Source: Treponemataceae bacterium (GTDB lineage Bacteria > Spirochaetota > Spirochaetia > Treponematales > Rectinemataceae). From it: DNA of 64,000 nt. The notes below the pieces were generated by a model. It ran no database searches. It had not been told where the DNA came from and saw nothing but the letters and a program-made list of their open reading frames with translations. The stretch lies in the NCBI GenBank assembly GCA_963678065.2, contig CAXXVZ010000004.1, forward strand, positions 640,001 through 704,000. Reading direction: 5' to 3'. Positions within the stretch are counted from its first letter, which is position 1; each line of letters begins with the position of its first letter. The position numbers and the translations under genes were made by a program. This document shows, piece by piece, positions 58,901 to 64,000 of this stretch.

Positions 58901-59279
58901 GACGGAGGAAGTGCTGCGGCTCTCGTCGGGACAGGACTGGCTGCCCGCTCCCACGGGGGCCGCGGTGAAGAGGACTGTCGCCTTCCTCAACCGGAATTAC
59001 GCCCGTACGGTGACTCGCTGGAAGCTGGCGGAAGCCGCCGGCGTGAGCGAGGATTACATTTCACGCATATTCCGCAGGGAAACCGGCATGACGCCCTGGG
59101 AGTACCTCACGAGACTCCGGATCGCCAAAGCCAGGGAGCTGCTCGCCTCGTGCCCGGACAGCATCGCCTCCGTGGCGGCGCGGGCGGGTTTCTCCGACCA
59201 GGCCTACTTTTCACGCGTGTTCAGGAAGGTGACCGGGACGACGCCGCAGGCATTCCGGGAGTCAGGCGGGCGGGGTTGA
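55989..59279 (+). CDS. Cytoplasmic hybrid sensor: LacI-type sugar-binding domain, HisKA, HATPase, REC and AraC
   Basis: RIAFLRGP...SSDLMA...IPADLAVIGMND...PLTT; SHELRAP; NLLDNARKFT, DTGPG, GLGL; VADDD, LDIVMP; AraC SEDYISRIF...GFSDQAYFSRVF. No TM segment seen. Confidence 0.88.
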   Translation: MAKRCGKGKRNAVGLVLADLNSGAGQILWPSVAEKAEEADVDLFCFPGGRIGQKEGYETSRNTVFDLAAGAKLDGILVWPSSMSGAAPESVVRSLVERFSDKPVVALSSGLSGLPMVAIDYYGGMKKAVLHAIECHSMARIAFLRGPERHEGARERYQAYLDTLAEKGIGLDPRLVSSPWFWDSGTEAMLELLDGRGLVPGRDFEALVASSDLMALFAVKALQSRGYAIPADLAVIGMNDSVESRVSTPPLTTANGPFARLGAAGLDILLGKIARRNVPESMRLESELVVRESCGCPENKRTAAAPETGRSAYEIWENERRDVELRTLGRDLLMSLDSGSMSSRLMKGLPPLGVRSAYVCTFDPAGDSSRARLVSGFRDDEDLSAPDEAFPASLLVPPGCFPDRCLSYIVEPLFFHEDPIGYALFEIGPKAGAFYESLRDAVSGALRSILLVADIESARERAERADRIKTHLLSNVSHELRAPVTTILKGAERLAVKLGPEYPDDDARAELDRIARSARQQLRLVNDLLDLSRAEMDELDIARRPLDPAPFLAEIFSDYATDAAPAVRWILDIPEKLPIVMSDAARIRQIVGNLLDNARKFTASGSIRLSAAVDAPDLLVTVSDTGPGIAAKKLPHIFEPFVSAGRAGAQERIGDSQSGSRHAGAGQAAGCPPRTGGAGLGLGIARHLALLHYGKLEVQSEEGRGSSFTLSLPLPDPGGKKTVRDTAEGSKSEVIALISPEAAKAEGLEETAARLGIPAEKLCRITIAEAEAGILESMDPAAIAWDLARKPGAEEWSLFRKIRQNAALTAKPFLVYPAPVRDAKGRERSAPATFIGKDADGEALARFAGLVLGESSVDPVLVADDDPDARAEACRMVASALPGREILAAKDGAEAWEILRETAISLAILDIVMPPPDGFRLLERMRADPRLAGIPVLLLTDKVITMEDIAKIESHPRLALRNKGILTEREETEEVLRLSSGQDWLPAPTGAAVKRTVAFLNRNYARTVTRWKLAEAAGVSEDYISRIFRRETGMTPWEYLTRLRIAKARELLASCPDSIASVAARAGFSDQAYFSRVFRKVTGTTPQAFRESGGRG

Positions 59280-59309
59280 AACCGGGATCCCCCTGGGCCC
59301 CGGAGCACT

Positions 59310-60227
59310 TCAGGCCTGGAACGCGAGGAAATCCCGGGCAAAGGCGTGGCATCCGGGGGCATGCTCCTCGACGATGATGGGGAGGGGACCGACGGTTCCT
59401 GCCGAGTCCGAGGTCGCGGCGCGGGCGGACAGGGCTGACATGACGGTTTTCCAGTCCATGAGGCCTTCGCCGCAGGTCGCGGGCGTCTTGGCTCCACCGC
59501 GGTACAGGAAATCTTTGGCGTGCACGGCGACAAGCCTGTCGCCGAGAAGGGCGAGGGCTCCGAGGGCGGGATTCGCCAGCCCGGAGGGATTCTTTCCGGC
59601 CTCCACCCCGGGAAGACAGGCTTCGCAGAGCGCCGGAGAAACGAGGTTGCAGGGATCGAGCAGGAGGCCGAGGGCGGGATTGCCGACCGCGTCGACGAGG
59701 TCCCTCATGCGCCGCGGTGTCGACACGATGTGTTCCCAGACAGGCTCCACGGCAATCGTGACGCCCTCGTCCCGCGCAATCGCGGCGAGTGTGCGGAAAC
59801 TGTCGACGAGAATGTCGAACTCGCACCTCGCGCCGCACAGGGCATCCGCTGGCTCCACGCCAGGCCCGGATGGAAAAGCGGCCGCAGTCTGCCAGGGCCT
59901 TCCCGTCTCCGTGGCGATGAGGGAGGTGCCGTATCCGCGGCAGAGGCGGATCTCGCGGGCAAAGCGGGCCACTGCGGCGGAACGCGCTGCTTCGTCAGCA
60001 TGGGCCGGGTCGATGTAGCATCCCAGGACGTCGACGCGTATGCCCCCTTCCCGAAGCATGTCGCCCAGAGACCGCGCATCGGCGGGGGAAGGCTCGGCGG
60101 GAAAGTCATCTATCGCCTTCAGGGGGGCGAGCTGGATGCCATCGAAACCCGCGTTCCGGACAGCCCGGACGAGGCCGGGGCCGCTGAACTTTCCGAGGTC
60201 GTGTGCGCGCAGGCCGTATGCGAACAT
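59310..60227 (-). CDS. Sugar phosphate isomerase/epimerase (xylose-isomerase-like TIM barrel)
   Basis: GLRAHDLG, LGCYI, ATETG, AVEPV, LDPCN, HAKD and IVEE. Confidence 0.8.
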   Translation of the reverse strand: MFAYGLRAHDLGKFSGPGLVRAVRNAGFDGIQLAPLKAIDDFPAEPSPADARSLGDMLREGGIRVDVLGCYIDPAHADEAARSAAVARFAREIRLCRGYGTSLIATETGRPWQTAAAFPSGPGVEPADALCGARCEFDILVDSFRTLAAIARDEGVTIAVEPVWEHIVSTPRRMRDLVDAVGNPALGLLLDPCNLVSPALCEACLPGVEAGKNPSGLANPALGALALLGDRLVAVHAKDFLYRGGAKTPATCGEGLMDWKTVMSALSARAATSDSAGTVGPLPIIVEEHAPGCHAFARDFLAFQA

Positions 60228-60256
60228 GGAAGCTCCTGACGATTCAGTGTTTGCGG

Positions 60257-61663
60257 TCAGATCCCCGGATGACAGGACGAAATGTGGAGGTCCGAGCAGG
60301 ATTCCAGGGAAAAACCGGGACCATCCTGTCCCCGCACCCTGACCTTGTCAAGCCAGAGACCGCGCACGTTCGCGAACAGGAAACCCGCGCGGGCCCGGGG
60401 CCGGATGCCCTCGGACATCTCGGGCTCGGCCGGCTCGGCGGCGCCACCCACCGAGATGTCGATGTCGCTGAAGGAGAGGTTCGAGACGGGCGACTCCGCG
60501 AGGCCCTCGATGTGGCAGGCCGCGATCCTGACACCGGTCGCCGTGATCGCGCTGAAGGAAATGTCCGAGAATGATGGCGTGCTCTCGTCGACGGGAAGAT
60601 GGTCGCGCGAGGAAACCCTCGTGTCGCACCGCGCTCCGCAGAAGTAATGCATGTTGATGGTGAAAGGCACGAGGACCTCGCGCATCACGATGTTGGAGAC
60701 GCGCACCCGCTCGACCACGCCTCCCCTGCCCCTGCGGGTTTTCATCCGTATCCCTCGATCCGTGCCGTCGAACACGCAATTGCTCACCGCGATGTCCCGG
60801 ACTCCGCCGGACATCTCGCTGCCGATGACTATGGCGCCGTGACCGCTCTCGAGAATGCAGTCCGAGATGACGATCTTCTCGCAGGGAGCAAAGAGCGCGC
60901 GGCTCTCGGACTCCGCGCCCGACTTGATCGTGATGCAGTCATCGCCGACATTCACGCGACATCCCGTTATGCGGACAGATGAGCAGGAGTCGGGATTGAT
61001 GCCGTCGGTGTTGGGCGAATCGGGAGGATTGTCGATGGAGATTCCCGAGATCACGACATCCCGGCAGCGGACGGGATTGATGGTCCAGCTCGGCGAATTG
61101 ACGGCGTGGAAATCGCGCAGGAGCAGTCCCGAGCAATTCTCGAAAGCCATGAGGCGGGGGCGCGGATACTCGAGCTCTCCTTCCTTGAAACGCCGCCACC
61201 AGGGTCCTCCCCTGCCGTCGACGAGGCCGGAGCCGGTGACCGAAATATTCGAGACAGCAGTGGCGTGGATGAGAGCGCAGTGAGCGGCCCGGGTGCGCCC
61301 TTCCCAGCGGGTCTCGACGATCGGGTAATCGTCCGGGTTGCCGGAGCCGGCGATGACACAGCCGGGGTCGAGGTCGAGACGGATGTTGTCCCTGAGGAAG
61401 ATGCTGCCCGTCAGATAGACACCCGCGGGAAAATGGAGGACGCCGCCGCCTTGCGCGGCGAGGACCTCGATCGCGCTCTGTATCGCTTCCGTGTCGAGTC
61501 TGATTCCGCCGCCCGAGGCGCCGAAGTCCCTGACGGAAAGCCGGCCCCGTGCGGGTGCGGGTGCGGGTGCGGGTGCGGGTGCGGGTGCGGGTGCGGGTGC
61601 GGGTGCGGGTGCGGGTGCGGGTGCGGGTGCGGGTGCGGAAAACAGTGGCTCCGGAGCGGTCAT
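60257..61663 (-). CDS. GH28 (exo)polygalacturonase, no signal peptide, with an N-terminal (AP)n tract
   Basis: PNTDG, GDDC, GHG and GIRMKT. ATG overlaps the upstream stop (TGATG). Confidence 0.9.
   Translation of the reverse strand: MTAPEPLFSAPAPAPAPAPAPAPAPAPAPAPAPAPAPARGRLSVRDFGASGGGIRLDTEAIQSAIEVLAAQGGGVLHFPAGVYLTGSIFLRDNIRLDLDPGCVIAGSGNPDDYPIVETRWEGRTRAAHCALIHATAVSNISVTGSGLVDGRGGPWWRRFKEGELEYPRPRLMAFENCSGLLLRDFHAVNSPSWTINPVRCRDVVISGISIDNPPDSPNTDGINPDSCSSVRITGCRVNVGDDCITIKSGAESESRALFAPCEKIVISDCILESGHGAIVIGSEMSGGVRDIAVSNCVFDGTDRGIRMKTRRGRGGVVERVRVSNIVMREVLVPFTINMHYFCGARCDTRVSSRDHLPVDESTPSFSDISFSAITATGVRIAACHIEGLAESPVSNLSFSDIDISVGGAAEPAEPEMSEGIRPRARAGFLFANVRGLWLDKVRVRGQDGPGFSLESCSDLHISSCHPGI
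61549..61638. repeat. Perfect hexanucleotide tandem repeat (GTGCGG)15
   Basis: Counted directly: 15 units, 90 bp. Encodes Ala-Pro repeats on the minus strand. Confidence 0.97.
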
Positions 61664-62820
61664 CAGGTCAAGTCTCCTTCGCAAAGCCACTGTTCGACCG
61701 CCGCGAGAATGAAGGGACCTGTGCCCTTGCAGTCGTCGGCTTTGACGGGCTCGCCGATGTAGTAGGAATAGCTGCCGTCGCGGTAGGGTTTTCCCCCCAG
61801 CCCCGCGACGGAACAGGTTCCGCCAAGGTGCCAGCCGCCGCCGGCGTCCCTGAACAGGAAACGCTCGGCGCAGCCTTGGAAGGCGCGGCGCGCGATCGCC
61901 CTGTGAGGATAATCGGGCAGGAAATCCAGCCTGACCGCCTTGGCCAGGGCGTAGGACATCATCGCCGAGACTGAGGCTTCGAGATAATTCCCTTCTTGCC
62001 CGCCTGAGTCGACCACCTGCCACCACAGACCCGAGAGGGAATCCTGGTAGCCCGCCATGGCTTCCGCCGTCCTCCGGAGAATAGCCCGCAGGCTGGCCCA
62101 GGCGTGTTCGGAGCGGGGTATCCATTCCAGGCTGTCGACGAGGGCCATGGCGAACCAGCCGATGGCGCGGCCCCAGAAATTGGGGGACCTGCCAGTCGCG
62201 GGATCCGCCCATGCCTGGCGCCTCGACTCGTCCCAACCGTGATAAAGAAGCCCAGTCGCGGGATCGCGCATCGCGCTCTCGGCGAGCGAAAACTGGAAGG
62301 CTATCCTGGCGAACATTTCAGGTTCTCCGAAGGTCGCGGCGTAGCGCGCGAGAAAGGGTTCGGCCATATACAGGCCGTCGAGCCACATCTGGTCGGGGTA
62401 TATCAGCTTGTGCCAGTAGCCGCCGGAGGGAGTCTTCGGCTGACTCTCCATCTGCTCCCGGAGAAGTGCGAGAGCCGCACGGAAGCGCGCGTCGTTCGTG
62501 GCTTCGAAAAGAGGAAAGAGATTTTTCCCTGGATTGATCTGGTCGAGATTGTACTCGACCTTCCGGTAGCCGCGGATGCGCGCGGGGCCTTCGCCGGAAG
62601 CATCCCCGCCGCGGTCGGAGAGCACGAAGGCCGCGACGGTTTCGTCGACACCGCGGACAAGGTCGGGCCTCTCCCAGGTCAGGCCCGCAGAGCGGACCGC
62701 GCCAAGGAAGAGACCCTCTTCGTAGTGCCAGTGTGCCGCGCTTCCCGAATGTTCGGGAAGGAGGGTGGCGGCGAGACCAAGTCCCGCCGCACGGACTTCC
62801 TCGGTGTCGACCTTATCCAT
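61663..62820 (-). CDS. GH105 unsaturated rhamnogalacturonyl hydrolase (YteR-like)
   Basis: WHYEEG, YNLDQINPG, WHKLIYPDQMWLDGLYM, FWGRAIGW and VAGLGG..YRDGS. Confidence 0.9.
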   Translation of the reverse strand: MDKVDTEEVRAAGLGLAATLLPEHSGSAAHWHYEEGLFLGAVRSAGLTWERPDLVRGVDETVAAFVLSDRGGDASGEGPARIRGYRKVEYNLDQINPGKNLFPLFEATNDARFRAALALLREQMESQPKTPSGGYWHKLIYPDQMWLDGLYMAEPFLARYAATFGEPEMFARIAFQFSLAESAMRDPATGLLYHGWDESRRQAWADPATGRSPNFWGRAIGWFAMALVDSLEWIPRSEHAWASLRAILRRTAEAMAGYQDSLSGLWWQVVDSGGQEGNYLEASVSAMMSYALAKAVRLDFLPDYPHRAIARRAFQGCAERFLFRDAGGGWHLGGTCSVAGLGGKPYRDGSYSYYIGEPVKADDCKGTGPFILAAVEQWLCEGDLT

Positions 62821-62824
62821 GTCT

Positions 62825-64000
62825 TCAGTCCAGCATTCCCGCGTCGACGAGCTTGTCCTTGGCTTTCTTCTCGATGTCCCTGGCGCCGATGGAGTCCATG
62901 CCCTTTATGAATGCCGCCCAGGTCTGGTCGTTCAGAGGCTGCTGTCCGAGAGCGAACTTGAGGAGGTTCTCGTCGTAGTAGCGCTTGAAGTCGTTGACAT
63001 TGGAGGGCGGATCGATGAGTCCCGCGCCCGTCGCCTCGGTGTAGGGCGTGTTCTGGAAGAATTTCCAGGTCGCGAGGGGATTGATGGTCTTGCCGTTGGC
63101 GCTCTTGTAGGTGACATAGCGGACTTTCAGCTCGAGATCGTTGTTGACATAGACCATGTTCCGCAGTTGGGTGAGGTTCTGCTGGGACTTGTGCGTGTAG
63201 GCCTGTTCCGGCGCGATGCCCGCGAGGGTGATGTCGCCTTCCGCGTCCCTTTTGAAGTTGACGCCTTCGACGCCGAATCCGAGGAGGAAGTAGCCTTCGT
63301 CGTTGGCCATCCATTCGAGAAGTCTGGCGATGGCCTCGGTCTTGCCGGCCTTGGCCGCCTTTGTGGAAACCGCGTAGATGCGGGCGTTGGCCATGTCGAG
63401 GCCGTTGGAACTCTTTCCGGCCGGTCCGACGGGCGGCATGATCGGGACCCACTGACCTTCAGGGAAATTTTTGTCGAAGTCCTTGTAATTGGCCTGGGTG
63501 TGGAGGGCGGCGAACTGCTCCCACATGATGCCGAATTTTCCCTGCTTCCAGCGGGCGCGGAACTCGTCCTTGTTGGGTGTGGACCAGGTCGGGTCGATGA
63601 TCTTCTCGTCGGAAATCATCTTGATGTACTCGACGGCCTTGCGGAAGTTCGGGTCGCGGAAATTGAACTGGAACTTGTCCGCGCTCTCGAAATTCCACAT
63701 GCCCGGGACGCCGAAGGCGCCGAGAATGTAGTCGAAGCGGCGGCCGAAACCTGCTGAAGAGAGGCCGGTGGACTCGTAGAAGGCGCCGAAGCCGTAGGTG
63801 TCGGCCACGCCGTTCCCGTCGGGATCCTTCGTCGTGAAGGCGCGGGCGACGGCAGTCAGTTCATCGAGAGTCTTCGGAACCTTGAGGCCGAGCTTGTCGA
63901 GCCAATCTTTGCGGATGACGACGCCCTCGACGCGGGGCATGGCTCCCGGATCGGGAAGTCCGTACATCTTGCCGCCCAAAAGGACGAGTCTGCGGTTCAC
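62825..64000 (-). CDS. Carbohydrate ABC binding protein (LplA-like); 5' end lies outside the window
   Basis: IRKDWLDKLGLKVPKTLDEL..V..AF...DPDGNG..DT and GVEGVNF. Confidence 0.85.
   Translation of the reverse strand: MNRRLVLLGGKMYGLPDPGAMPRVEGVVIRKDWLDKLGLKVPKTLDELTAVARAFTTKDPDGNGVADTYGFGAFYESTGLSSAGFGRRFDYILGAFGVPGMWNFESADKFQFNFRDPNFRKAVEYIKMISDEKIIDPTWSTPNKDEFRARWKQGKFGIMWEQFAALHTQANYKDFDKNFPEGQWVPIMPPVGPAGKSSNGLDMANARIYAVSTKAAKAGKTEAIARLLEWMANDEGYFLLGFGVEGVNFKRDAEGDITLAGIAPEQAYTHKSQQNLTQLRNMVYVNNDLELKVRYVTYKSANGKTINPLATWKFFQNTPYTEATGAGLIDPPSNVNDFKRYYDENLLKFALGQQPLNDQTWAAFIKGMDSIGARDIEKKAKDKLVDAGMLD

Noticed and set aside
61549..61974. Poly-(Arg-Val) or poly-(Cys-Gly) peptides, a CRISPR array or a telomere-like repeat
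   Set aside because: These are alternative frames of the hexamer repeat. There are no spacers or cas genes, and the repeat lies within the coupled GH28 frame.

Overview
A high-GC bacterial window, inferred to be from an anaerobic Spirochaetota lineage from the signal-peptide style and gene content (not proven). 1-5.8 kb, minus strand: a mercury-methylation cassette, marR-hgcA-hgcB. It has a perfect 11-bp inverted-repeat operator and lies directly upstream of a cobalamin riboswitch and a corrinoid uptake/salvage operon (btuF-btuC-btuD-cobU), so the corrinoid enzyme HgcA sits next to genes that could supply its cofactor. 5.9-15 kb: a PLP aminotransferase, an etfB-etfA-(LctD/GlcD-like)-tetR operon with two palindromic operators, an FAD oxidoreductase, a 7TM-PAS-GGDEF diguanylate cyclase and an ArsC/Spx-like protein. 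15-64 kb: a large pectin/galacturonate locus with GH4, two GH105, CE8, GH28, two GH16, YesOPQ-like ABC, TRAP, kduID, kdgF/K/A, uxaBAC, kdgR, two YesM/YesN-type two-component systems and a cytoplasmic hybrid sensor. It is interrupted by a 1395-bp IS (terminal inverted repeats plus a TCAG duplication), a peptide ABC/M14 operon and two convergent ArsB/NhaD-type permeases, one controlled by a yybP-ykoY (Mn2+) riboswitch. I saw no rRNA, tRNA or CRISPR array. All calls come from motif recognition by eye; no database searches were run.
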